A stretch of DNA of 64,000 nucleotides from assembly GCA_016845345.1 (NCBI GenBank), contig JAERSV010000004.1, forward strand, positions 2,083 to 66,082, read 5' to 3'. A model generated the notes under the pieces. It had not been told where the DNA came from. It was given only the letters and a program-made list of their open reading frames with translations, and searched no databases. This document shows, in pieces, positions 20,294 through 29,733 of the stretch. Position 1 is the stretch's first letter. The number at the start of each line of letters is the position of its first letter. The translations under genes were made by a program, and so were the position numbers. The stretch is from Methanobacteriota archaeon. Lineage in GTDB: Archaea > Thermoplasmatota > Poseidoniia > Poseidoniales > Thalassarchaeaceae.

Positions 20294-21826
20294 TTGGACA
20301 TGGCACGAAAAGGACGTGGTCGACCACAACGCCAACGAAGAAAGCGCCAGAAACAACAATATGAGGAACTTGATAAGTACCCCGTTGCACCACCTCATTC
20401 GTTTGCAAGGATTGTTCGTGACCTTAGAACGTTGAACATTATTTATCAAGCAATAGAACCACCTCTCAACAAGAAGGAACAGGGACAATTTGAAGAAATA
20501 ATGGATATTTATGTTAGGTCTTTGACTGCAGATATTGAAGAAATTGATACTGACCCGGAGGGTTATTTGCGAGCGGCAATGGACCAAATCATCAAATCTT
20601 ATGGAATGAGAATCACAAAGAAGTCACGCTCGAAGATTTTTTACTATCTTAAGCGCGATTTGATTGGTTATGGCCGCATGGATGTTCTGATGAATGATGC
20701 AAATGTTGAGGATGTATCATTAGATGGCACAGGAATTCCGATTTTCGCATACCATCGTAAGTTTGAGTCAGTTGAAACATCAATTCTGTGGCCTACTGAT
20801 GAAGAACTTGAATCCTATGTTATCAAGTTGGCACAACGCTGTGGCAAACACATTTCTGTTGCGGAACCATTGCTTGACGCAACCCTGATGGATGGTTCAA
20901 GAATTGTCATGAAATTGGGTTATGAGATTTCAACGAAAGGTTCAACTTTCTGTATTCGCAGATTCAGAGAAGATCCATTTTCGCCTTGCGATATTGTTGC
21001 ATTCCGAACTATGACTTCACTGATGGTTGCCTACTTGTGGATTTGTTTCCAGCAAGGTATCTCAATGCTGTTTGTAGGTGGAACGGCATCGGGTAAAACA
21101 ACAACTCTGAATGCAATGGCATTGTTTATTCCATGGCAAATGAAAATCGTTAGTATTGAATCAACTCGTGAAGTTAACATCCCACAACCAAATTGGATTC
21201 CTGGGTTAACTCGACAAGGATTCGGTGGTGAATCTGATGATGGTGTGATTGGAGAATTCGAACTATTGAAGGCGGCTCTAAGAGAGCGACCTGAATACAT
21301 CATTGTGGGTGAGATTCGTGGTGCAGAAGCGTATGTTTTGTTCCAAGCCATGGCTACTGGACACTGTTCATATTCAACCGTTCACGCTGACTCGGTTCCT
21401 TCACTAGTTCACAGATTAGAGAACAAACCAATTGACATACCTCGTGTTCTTTTGCCTGCTTTGGAAGCCTGTGTGATTCAAATTCAGACCCGAATTAATG
21501 GCCGACGTGTAAGGCGTTCAAAACAGATTGTTGAGATTGTTGGTGTTGACCCTCACAGTCTAGAAGTTATTACCAATGAAGTGTTCAAATGGGACCCTTC
21601 AAGAGATGACTTCGATTTCTCTGGTAAATCATATGTTCTTGAGAAAATCATGGTTAAAATCAATTATTCACAAGAACGGATGCGTGATGAATTGCGCACT
21701 AGAAAGCGCATCCTAGATTGGATGGTTCTCAATGATATCCGAAAAGCCGATCAAGTTGCTCAAATTATCACTGAATATTATGTCAGGCCTCAAGCAGTAC
21801 TTGCAAGAGTTGATGGTCTACAGTGA
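20294..21826 (+). CDS. Archaeal type IV pilus assembly ATPase (PilB/FlaI/VirB11 family)
   Basis: GGTASGKTT Walker A, LRERPEYIIVGEIRG and AMATGH...STVHA. Confidence 0.93.
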   Translation: MDMARKGRGRPQRQRRKRQKQQYEELDKYPVAPPHSFARIVRDLRTLNIIYQAIEPPLNKKEQGQFEEIMDIYVRSLTADIEEIDTDPEGYLRAAMDQIIKSYGMRITKKSRSKIFYYLKRDLIGYGRMDVLMNDANVEDVSLDGTGIPIFAYHRKFESVETSILWPTDEELESYVIKLAQRCGKHISVAEPLLDATLMDGSRIVMKLGYEISTKGSTFCIRRFREDPFSPCDIVAFRTMTSLMVAYLWICFQQGISMLFVGGTASGKTTTLNAMALFIPWQMKIVSIESTREVNIPQPNWIPGLTRQGFGGESDDGVIGEFELLKAALRERPEYIIVGEIRGAEAYVLFQAMATGHCSYSTVHADSVPSLVHRLENKPIDIPRVLLPALEACVIQIQTRINGRRVRRSKQIVEIVGVDPHSLEVITNEVFKWDPSRDDFDFSGKSYVLEKIMVKINYSQERMRDELRTRKRILDWMVLNDIRKADQVAQIITEYYVRPQAVLARVDGLQ

Positions 21827-21840
21827 GAGAGGTGAAATGA

Positions 21841-22938
21841 TTGGCCAAGAAGGCGGAAGAGGAAAAAGTCCGCTTTGACGGAATGATTCTTTCAGGTTGG
21901 CAACGTTTTTCTAATGCTATCTTAGGCAAATTGTTGCGCAAAAAAGTTCGTGAAGATGTAGGCCTTCAGAAAACTCTATTGCAGGCTGATATTCGCATTA
22001 TGCCTGAGGTTTACAAAGCCACAGCAATCATGTCTACTGTCGTCGCTTTTGGTATTTTTATTGGAGTTTTAGTCTTAGCCTTATTGCCTGAAATCGGAGC
22101 ATTCGCGTTGTGGGAAAATATGCAAAACCCTGAGTCAATTTATCCTTGTATTGACTGGGCATTCTGGCACGCCAACGATGTTGACCCAAGTATTCCTTGG
22201 AGTGGAGAAGGCCCAGATGGGGTTGTCGTTAATTATGGTGGGTGCCCTCATTATTCAACGAAAGTAGTACCCGGATTTGCAAGGTATGGGTTGATTGCAG
22301 TTTGTGGCTTCTTTGGCCCATACTTCTCATACAAGCATTTCTTGGGAGCCGCAGAACGCCGTAAAAAAGAGCGCTCAGAAGCGCTAGAGAAGTACCTTCC
22401 ATACGCCGCATCATACACCGCAGCAATGTCTGCAGCAAACGCAACACCTGCAAACATCTTCAAATCTCTAGCGTTGAATCAGGAAATTTATGGTGACATC
22501 GCTTATGATTCAGCCATGATTTATCGTGACATCACTCTGCTTGGCATGGACTTGGTGACAGCAATCAGACTTTCAGTAGACAGGGCGGCATCCCCTTGGG
22601 TGTCAGAATTTTTCCAAGGTATGGTAGGTACATTATCGTCCGGAGGAAGTTTGAAAATTTATTTCCTAAATAGAGCAGAACATTACATGAGAGAAAACCG
22701 AACTAGATTGGGTGTTTTCCTTGAGACATTGGCAATGATGGCTGAGTCCTATGTTGTGGTTGCAGTGGCAATGCCACTGTTCCTGATTGTTATGTTAGTC
22801 ATCATGTTCTGGGTGTCTGGTGCTGGTTCTGAAATTTCTGAAGGAATGGTATATGCGGTTGTACTTGGAGTACTTCCTGTGATTCACATTTCTTACTCTG
22901 CCTTGGTTTGGTTAATGAGTAAAGAGATGGAGATGTGA
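21841..22938 (+). CDS. Type IV pilus platform membrane protein (PilC/TadC/FlaJ-like, T2SF domain)
   Basis: LPYAASY...YGDIA...ASPW...FLETL pattern; follows the ATPase. Confidence 0.85.
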   Translation: MAKKAEEEKVRFDGMILSGWQRFSNAILGKLLRKKVREDVGLQKTLLQADIRIMPEVYKATAIMSTVVAFGIFIGVLVLALLPEIGAFALWENMQNPESIYPCIDWAFWHANDVDPSIPWSGEGPDGVVVNYGGCPHYSTKVVPGFARYGLIAVCGFFGPYFSYKHFLGAAERRKKERSEALEKYLPYAASYTAAMSAANATPANIFKSLALNQEIYGDIAYDSAMIYRDITLLGMDLVTAIRLSVDRAASPWVSEFFQGMVGTLSSGGSLKIYFLNRAEHYMRENRTRLGVFLETLAMMAESYVVVAVAMPLFLIVMLVIMFWVSGAGSEISEGMVYAVVLGVLPVIHISYSALVWLMSKEMEM

Positions 22939-22954
22939 GACGGGGGGGTGAGAA

Positions 22955-24499
22955 ATGGCAAGAAGAAACAAGAAAAAGAAAATTCGCGTTGACCTTAATT
23001 TCCCAAAGGACGATAATACACGACGTAATTTCCTTGTGATTTCAATTACCTCGGCCCTTATTGGTATAGTGTTCCTTGCTTTTTGGGCTACCAATGCAAG
23101 CCTTGTATTCGGAATACTGACTCCTGCCCCAGCCAATGGCAATCCTGTATTCATCAACTCTGCCTGTGGTTTCGACCCAAATTTGGCATTGCCTGATTAT
23201 ACCCAAAATGAATCTTGTTTCTTCACCAAAGAAAGAACTTCAACCCAAACAATGGAGGTTGAGTGGGATAATGTGAAGGGGCCTGGAAGAGGACAAGAAT
23301 TCGATGTTACCGGCATTGCCCCTGAACGATTAGGAACGCTTTCTCATCCTCCTCAGGAAATGCGGATGTCGTGCGTCGCGAAAGCCGACGAGGATTTCCC
23401 GTATACGATACAAATATGGGAACCGTCCACAGGTGGTGGGCTTGGGACATCTTATTCGGTATCTGGAGTCACTAATCAAGAGGGTGATTGTTACTTAGAA
23501 GTGATGAATGCTCTACCTGGTGAAGGGTGGGAAGTTTGGCTACAATTTGATAGAAGTTATCCTCGAATGAAAGAGTTCACACTTACACTTGAAGTTGATA
23601 CATACGATGGTATCCCTGATTGGATGAACAACAAAAATCAATTTATTGGGCCAGAAGTAAACCTTGGACCCTTCAACTTAAGGCCGCTAATTTTCATCAA
23701 CTTCTTTGGATATGGATTCATTTTCCTCGTTTATCCTGGTGCTGTGTACTGGGATAAAAAGATGAAAGCAATCAATGCGATGGAAGAGAAATTCCCTGAC
23801 TTCCTTCGTGATTTGGCCGAATATTGGAAAGGAGGATTGTCAATGACTCTAGCGGTTAGAACGCTGGCAAATTCAGAATACGGTTCTTTGAATAACGAAG
23901 TTCAGAAAATGTCTCAGCAATTATCCTGGGGTGTAGCCTTTGGAGATGTGATTGTTCTCTTTGCCGAACGGGTAGGAACTCCGTTAGTGAAACGAGCAAT
24001 CAGTTTGATTGGAGAGGCTAATAGGGCAGGAGGGAAAATTTCTGATATCTTGGTAACCGCTGCTAATGATAGTCGTGAAATCAAATTCTTGGAAGGTGAA
24101 AGAGAACGGGCTATTGCCTCATATATTGCAGTTATTTGGACATCATATTTCGTTTTCCTAGGTGTTATTGTTGTTCTTGCTAAGGTTTTCATTCCCGCAA
24201 TTTCATCAGCAAATTCGGGTGATGATAGCGCTCAAATTGGAAACATGGTAATTCGTGCAATTGACCCTCTATTCTTCCTAGTTGTGTTCTTCTATGGTGT
24301 AACCGCACAGGGTCTTGGAAACGGAGCGATGGCGGGATTGATGGCTACAGGCAGACTATCAAGTGGAATGAAACACGCTGGAATGATGCTAATCATCTCA
24401 ACTATCGCGTTTAATTTCGTAGCATTCTCACCTGATTTGTTAGGAGTTCCAGGAGACATGGGTTTGAATCCTGCCCTTGGTTACTTTTCTCCAGGGTGA
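22955..24499 (+). CDS. Second PilC/TadC-like platform protein with a ~190-aa extracellular insertion
   Basis: EEKFPDFLRDLAE...YGSL...LSWG...AGG T2SF domain preceded by a TM-flanked beta-rich domain. Confidence 0.85.
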   Translation: MARRNKKKKIRVDLNFPKDDNTRRNFLVISITSALIGIVFLAFWATNASLVFGILTPAPANGNPVFINSACGFDPNLALPDYTQNESCFFTKERTSTQTMEVEWDNVKGPGRGQEFDVTGIAPERLGTLSHPPQEMRMSCVAKADEDFPYTIQIWEPSTGGGLGTSYSVSGVTNQEGDCYLEVMNALPGEGWEVWLQFDRSYPRMKEFTLTLEVDTYDGIPDWMNNKNQFIGPEVNLGPFNLRPLIFINFFGYGFIFLVYPGAVYWDKKMKAINAMEEKFPDFLRDLAEYWKGGLSMTLAVRTLANSEYGSLNNEVQKMSQQLSWGVAFGDVIVLFAERVGTPLVKRAISLIGEANRAGGKISDILVTAANDSREIKFLEGERERAIASYIAVIWTSYFVFLGVIVVLAKVFIPAISSANSGDDSAQIGNMVIRAIDPLFFLVVFFYGVTAQGLGNGAMAGLMATGRLSSGMKHAGMMLIISTIAFNFVAFSPDLLGVPGDMGLNPALGYFSPG

Positions 24500-24506
24500 T
24501 TAGTTC

Positions 24507-24968
24507 ATGAATCAGCGACAGCTTTCTCCAAATCCTTTTGCACAAGTTCATGTGTTGGAAATGCTGACTTTGTTTTGGCTATTTTTTATGTCAGCAACTT
24601 TCATCTTACAACTAGAGATTCCTGATCCTGTTTCAGCCTCTTCAGATGGTCAATTACAATTGGCTGCAGAAGATGCATTTATCCAGCAGATGGGAGTAGT
24701 AGCAGATGACACAACAAATCATACTAATCAACTTGCAGAAAGCCTTTCAGCGGGCGACTTAGATGAGACATGTAACGAATTATTACAAGGATTACCAGGG
24801 CAGGTACAGGGTAATTGTTGGGTTGCTAAAAATGAGGGTGACTTAGCGAGGTACGGCCAAGGTAGTACACCTGATGGAAGAACTCTGAGTGTTCACAAAT
24901 TGGTTGGAGATACCGGCAATGTATGGACGGTTTCTCTGCAAGTATGGTATGTTGGTGGGGGTGTCTGA
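24507..24968 (+). CDS. Putative (minor) pilin with class III-like signal peptide
   Basis: FA/QVHVLEMLTLFWLFF resembles an archaeal prepilin cleavage site with E+5/6 and a hydrophobic helix; lies in the pilus operon. Confidence 0.6.
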   Translation: MNQRQLSPNPFAQVHVLEMLTLFWLFFMSATFILQLEIPDPVSASSDGQLQLAAEDAFIQQMGVVADDTTNHTNQLAESLSAGDLDETCNELLQGLPGQVQGNCWVAKNEGDLARYGQGSTPDGRTLSVHKLVGDTGNVWTVSLQVWYVGGGV

Positions 24969-25402
24969 TGATGAGGCGAACAAAGAATGACTCAGGTCAA
25001 ATGTTGTTGGCAACTGGCATTATTTTGATGCTTTCACTCCTAGCAATGGCTTGGTTCGGTGTTTCTGTTGCTTCGCTAGGAGACCCTTATGATACTAGCA
25101 ATGGTGAAGTCTTAGAAGTAACGAATTCATTTAGGGAAGTGTGGCAACCAACTATTGAGAATCGAAGTAGTACTTTGGTAGCAGATGGTGCCGATTGGCA
25201 AGAAGCGATCGACGCGGCCGCCAATTCAACATCTGCCGACCTAATGCGTCATGGAGAGCATCGTGGCGTTGAAATCATTTTGAGTGACATCAGTGCTGCA
25301 AATAATAGCGGTGTATTCACCATTACCTGTGAGGTGGGCATCGCTGACCGTGGGGCGCGTCTGAAAACAACATCACATTCAGTGACGGTTGACCTTACAT
25401 GA
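24968..25402 (+). CDS. Putative (minor) pilin with class III signal peptide
   Basis: MMRRTKNDSG/QMLLATGIIL prepilin pattern; ATG overlaps the upstream TGA. Confidence 0.7.
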   Translation: MMRRTKNDSGQMLLATGIILMLSLLAMAWFGVSVASLGDPYDTSNGEVLEVTNSFREVWQPTIENRSSTLVADGADWQEAIDAAANSTSADLMRHGEHRGVEIILSDISAANNSGVFTITCEVGIADRGARLKTTSHSVTVDLT

Positions 25403-25403
25403 C

Positions 25404-26432
25404 TTATTCATTTACTGTTCGTAAAAGACGGGGGGCCATCATCCTCTTCCAAAGAGGAGGGAGAAGACATGGCCAAAAGATTGCAAAATAACCTGAGGGA
25501 AGATTAGGCGCATTCTCATAGGGTTCTAATTGCCAAAATGGTTTACTTGCCTCTAGATGGTGGGCTGGATGGAGAGTTAACTCAAAAAGAGTCCACCGTG
25601 AAAGTCGTTTCAGGGTTTGCCATGAATGCATTTCAGTTTGTTTTTCATCAACTTCTCTCTGTAAACCATAATGGCGGATGTAGTTGACATACTCCAATAA
25701 GAAAATGCTGATAGCGGCTTGATAGAGGATAGCAATTGCCACCCAAGCCCCTGCAAACCAGTAAACAACGCCTATGAAAACAGATTCTATAATGAGACCT
25801 TTGAATACTGGATTGGAAAAAAACATAGTTGATTTCTCTCTCTTCTGTAATCGTCTCTTTTCAATTTTCCAAGCGCTTGTAAATTGCCCAGGAACTGTCT
25901 GTAAAAGATGAAGCCACAATCCTTTACCGGCTGGTGCACTAGCAGCATCTTTCACGGTTGCAACATTTTTGTGATGATTGTAATTGTGTTCGGTAGTGAA
26001 ATGAAGATAGAAAGCGAACATTAGGTTCATTCTTGCAAGCAACCAAGGAATAGATCGGGGTTTGGTGTGTCCGAGTTCATGCCCGACAACTATCCCTGAA
26101 ACCCCACACGCGATGCCAGTAGAAAATCCAGCTAACCACAGAGTTGGGGCGTTACCAACAAGGAATACATGATACGCCAAAGTTGCGATAACAATCGGGT
26201 TTAGAAGAGCATGGAGAATGAGAATTGTTTGGAAGGGTGTATCGTTTTTTGGGGGGGATGTGGGTTTTGTGGATTGCCCAGAAAAATGGTCAATAATTGG
26301 GAATAACACCAGAGCGATGAAAATAGTTAGACCAGCGAGTGGGCCACCCACGAGATTGCCGATTATTGCTGAAATAGGAATAATAAAACTTGCAAGATAT
26401 GGATACCATGGTCTAGGTTTTGCAACAACCAT
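25404..26432 (-). CDS. alkB: Alkane 1-monooxygenase (AlkB, membrane di-iron desaturase family)
   Basis: His boxes HELGH, EHNYNHH, NYIRHYG and LHPAHH, plus D-x-ASA, HSW and APxLP-GY. Confidence 0.85.
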   Translation of the reverse strand: MVVAKPRPWYPYLASFIIPISAIIGNLVGGPLAGLTIFIALVLFPIIDHFSGQSTKPTSPPKNDTPFQTILILHALLNPIVIATLAYHVFLVGNAPTLWLAGFSTGIACGVSGIVVGHELGHTKPRSIPWLLARMNLMFAFYLHFTTEHNYNHHKNVATVKDAASAPAGKGLWLHLLQTVPGQFTSAWKIEKRRLQKREKSTMFFSNPVFKGLIIESVFIGVVYWFAGAWVAIAILYQAAISIFLLEYVNYIRHYGLQREVDEKQTEMHSWQTLKRLSRWTLFELTLHPAHHLEASKPFWQLEPYENAPNLPSGYFAIFWPCLLPPLWKRMMAPRLLRTVNE

Positions 26433-26436
26433 ATCA

Positions 26437-27072
26437 TCACCGTAATTTATACCATTCTTCGTCAAATTGCTGTCTTATTTTATCAACAAATTCTGCTTGC
26501 AGATGAGTGTCAATTACTTTCCAGTTAGAACCTTTGGCTCTAGTAATTAGCGCTGTTTGGATTGCGCGGATGCGGTCAAAAGATGCGAGGTAACGAGATG
26601 CCCCACGATGAGTATTCACTTCTCTCGCTTCTATTCGTTCTTGGTGTACATTTTCATTATCAATTGTCAATGTTAATCCGATTGCTACCCCACCTTGATT
26701 TTTCCAGTCCGCGAGAATACGATTTGATGGAATGATGTGAGCACCTTCCACGATTAAGTCAATTCCTTCCCGCCGAGCCCGCGAAATCACTGCTTCAAGT
26801 CCTGCTTCAACTGCTGAGCAGGCGTCCAGCCAATCGGTAGCGGAATCACCGGTTGCTCCGCTTGAAAAAGTAGAACGGAATAAAGCAGGGTTTGCTGAAG
26901 GCGTCGTGGCTGTACGCAGGACTTCTCTAACAGTATCGCTACCAGCAATTCTATCGAACTTTAGAGAAGTGGCAACTTGAGTAGCGAGGGTTGATTTGCC
27001 AACTCCCGAAACGCCCGAAATCAATAGTAAGCGAGGGGGACGGTTGGTTTCGCCACCTGTCATCTTGTTCAT
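26437..27072 (-). CDS. 2-phosphoglycerate-kinase-like P-loop kinase (possibly mevalonate-3-phosphate 5-kinase)
   Basis: GVSGVGKST, SDTVREVLR, IVEGAHIIP and RYL..F..IR.IQ. Confidence 0.75.
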   Translation of the reverse strand: MNKMTGGETNRPPRLLLISGVSGVGKSTLATQVATSLKFDRIAGSDTVREVLRTATTPSANPALFRSTFSSGATGDSATDWLDACSAVEAGLEAVISRARREGIDLIVEGAHIIPSNRILADWKNQGGVAIGLTLTIDNENVHQERIEAREVNTHRGASRYLASFDRIRAIQTALITRAKGSNWKVIDTHLQAEFVDKIRQQFDEEWYKLR

Positions 27073-27117
27073 CTCCTAAATTGTTAACAGACTATTTCCC
27101 GTATAGACGCTTTGTCG

Positions 27118-28536
27118 TTAACGTTGAATCGCCTTCAATTCTAGGAATTCTTGCAATCCATGAACGCCAAGTTCTCTCCCATTCCCCGACATCTTGTAAC
27201 CACCAAATGGTGCTGAGATATTGAAAGGTCCTCCATTAATACTCACTTGCCCGGTTCGCATATTTTTTGCAAAAGAAAGTGCTCTCTCCTCATTTTCAGA
27301 CCATACTCCTCCTGAGAGTCCATATTCTGAATCATTGGCTAGAGCCAAAGCCTCTTCTTCACTACTATACGTTGTGATTGTGAGGAGTGGGCCAAATACC
27401 TCCTCATTCCAAATTTTCATGTCGGGTGTAACATCTGCAAATGCTGTTGGTTTAACGAAAAATCCAGTCTCAAGTCCATCTGGCATTCCTTCACCGCCGG
27501 ATATTAGAGTTGCCCCTTCTGAAATTCCACTAGCGATATAATCGCTAACACTGGCTTGTTGCCTTGCGGATGCCATTGGGCCACAACGTGTGCTTTCGTC
27601 AAGCGGGTCGCCTGCAGTAAAACCAGCAACTCGGCCAGCAATGATTTCGATAATTTCCTCCTTTCTGCTTTCAGGAACGATGAGGCGGGTTAGGGCAGAG
27701 CAGGTTTGACCAGAGTTAGCAAAACAGGCACCAACTGATGATTTTGCGGCTCTAACGATGTTAGCATCATCCAAAATGACATTGGCACTTTTACCACCAA
27801 GTTCGAGTGTGACTCGTTTTACAGATGGGGCCGCTGCCTGACTTACTCTGACTCCTGCAGAAGTCGAGCCTGTGAATGATACCATATCGACGTCTGGATG
27901 GCTTGAAAGATATTCACCGACATCAGATCCGTGGCCGCTTACGAGATTGAATACACCAGCAGGCAAGCCAATCTCGTCAATGATATCCGCCAAAATGAAG
28001 GCATTTAGAGGAGCCTCTTTTGATGGTTTTAGTACCATTGTGCAACCTGCTGCAATTGCTGGAGCGACCTTGCCAATAATCTGGTGAAGGGGGAAATTCC
28101 ACGGGGTAATAAATGCACAGACCCCAACTGGTTCCTTGACGATTAGAGAGTTACGCATCTCTTCTTCCCACTCAAAGTTCTCTAACATCTTGGCGTACGA
28201 GCGGGCCACCACACGAGGTGTTCCAACCATTGCCATTCTACTGTAGCCGATTGGTGTGCCAACTTCTGCTGTGATAAGTTGGGCGAGTTCTTCGCCTCGG
28301 TCTTTGAAGGCCGCTGAAAGGGCGTTAAGATATCCAATCCTGTCTTCAATGGAACTTTGTGACCAAGATGGAAATACTGCAGACGCTGCATTTACTGCTG
28401 CATCCACATCAGTTTGCGAACCCACAGGAACTGAACCAATGACTTGTTCAGTTGCAGGATTAACAACTTCAATTTCACCATCACCACTTGCCGCAACCCA
28501 TTCTCCATTGATGTAGAGTTCCTCTCTGCTCATCAT
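27118..28536 (-). CDS. NAD-dependent aldehyde dehydrogenase
   Basis: PWNFP, FTGS, LELGGKS, GQTCSA and EEVFGP. Confidence 0.95.
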   Translation of the reverse strand: MMSREELYINGEWVAASGDGEIEVVNPATEQVIGSVPVGSQTDVDAAVNAASAVFPSWSQSSIEDRIGYLNALSAAFKDRGEELAQLITAEVGTPIGYSRMAMVGTPRVVARSYAKMLENFEWEEEMRNSLIVKEPVGVCAFITPWNFPLHQIIGKVAPAIAAGCTMVLKPSKEAPLNAFILADIIDEIGLPAGVFNLVSGHGSDVGEYLSSHPDVDMVSFTGSTSAGVRVSQAAAPSVKRVTLELGGKSANVILDDANIVRAAKSSVGACFANSGQTCSALTRLIVPESRKEEIIEIIAGRVAGFTAGDPLDESTRCGPMASARQQASVSDYIASGISEGATLISGGEGMPDGLETGFFVKPTAFADVTPDMKIWNEEVFGPLLTITTYSSEEEALALANDSEYGLSGGVWSENEERALSFAKNMRTGQVSINGGPFNISAPFGGYKMSGNGRELGVHGLQEFLELKAIQR

Positions 28537-28604
28537 GTGATGGGCCACGGTGCAATCTCTTATGGTTTCATGCATTTCAAGAGGGGGAACCTCAACGGCC
28601 ATTC

Positions 28605-29387
28605 ATGGCACTAAGTGTTGAACGGTTGGATGGTGGGGTTGCATTAGTTACTCTGACTGCAGAATCTGCTCAAAACGCGTTTAGTATTGAGGCCATGACA
28701 ATCATTTCAGAGACTATCAATTCACTAATTGATGATGATGAAATTTGTGCATTTGTACTAACAGGCACTGGCAATTTTTTCTGTGCAGGTGCTGATATCA
28801 ATGAATTTAGAGAATGCTATGATGATGGTACAATATCAGACTTAGTACAAGGTTTAACAGATATTTTACATCCTTTACTGGTTCGAATCAGGCAATCTGA
28901 CACTGTCTATGTTGCGGCGATGAATGGTGCGGCCGCAGGAGGCGGGTTGGGGCTTGCATTAGCCGCTGATTACCGAATTGCAATCCCACAAACCAAAATT
29001 GCCGCGGCCTTTTTCTCACTTGGATTGAGTCCTGATGGTGGCACTACATGGTTGCTGCCTCGTCTTGTTGGTATTCAAAGAGCCAAGAAATTCTTTTTCA
29101 ATAATGAAACATGGTCTGCTGAAGAAGCATTGAAACTCGGAGTAATTGATGAAATTACAAACCTAAATGATTTGATATTACGTTCTCTAAAAGTAGCAAT
29201 TTCGTGGGGTAAGTGGGCTAAATCCAGCCGAGCAGGCACGAAGCAATTACTCGACAGCCAATCCTACAATGATTTTGAAACCCAACTTCATAATGAACAG
29301 GAACGTATTGTTGGAGCAAGCCAAACAGAACATTTCTCAGAAGGTGTTGATGCATTTCTTGAAAAGCGAGACCCAGATTTTCAATGA
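28605..29387 (+). CDS. Enoyl-CoA hydratase/isomerase (PaaG-like crotonase)
   Basis: FCAGADI, AAGGGLGLALA and GLSPDGG (Asp-type, lacking the two Glu of canonical hydratases). Confidence 0.85.
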   Translation: MALSVERLDGGVALVTLTAESAQNAFSIEAMTIISETINSLIDDDEICAFVLTGTGNFFCAGADINEFRECYDDGTISDLVQGLTDILHPLLVRIRQSDTVYVAAMNGAAAGGGLGLALAADYRIAIPQTKIAAAFFSLGLSPDGGTTWLLPRLVGIQRAKKFFFNNETWSAEEALKLGVIDEITNLNDLILRSLKVAISWGKWAKSSRAGTKQLLDSQSYNDFETQLHNEQERIVGASQTEHFSEGVDAFLEKRDPDFQ

Positions 29388-29403
29388 ATATTGATTTTTT
29401 CAA

Positions 29404-29733
29404 TCAATAAAGGTCACGAGCCGCGTAGCATCGACCTATCAATTCACTGACTATTGGCAAAAGTGGGTCATCTTCATCTTTAAATTTGAAAGTGACTCTT
29501 CCTGATTTTCTGACCAACAAAGAGGTTGGTATTAGGTCGGGGAGATAACCTATTGGAAGGACAAAAACACTCACATGTGAGTGAAAAACTACAACACTAC
29601 AGAATGGCCTTCCATCTTCACGTGCAAGTCTATAATCTCCCATCTCATCTCTTCTCACCCTTAATTCGGAGGTGTGTTGTTTAACCTGTTCAACTAATAA
29701 TGACCAAAGGTAGAGCATTTTTTCATGCGTCAT
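29404..29733 (-). CDS. Small hypothetical protein (possibly YdhG/DUF1801-like)
   Basis: ORF overlaps the stop of the upstream dehydrogenase; pattern F.SV....HVS....P...KSGR..F.FK. Confidence 0.55.
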   Translation of the reverse strand: MTHEKMLYLWSLLVEQVKQHTSELRVRRDEMGDYRLAREDGRPFCSVVVFHSHVSVFVLPIGYLPDLIPTSLLVRKSGRVTFKFKDEDDPLLPIVSELIGRCYAARDLY

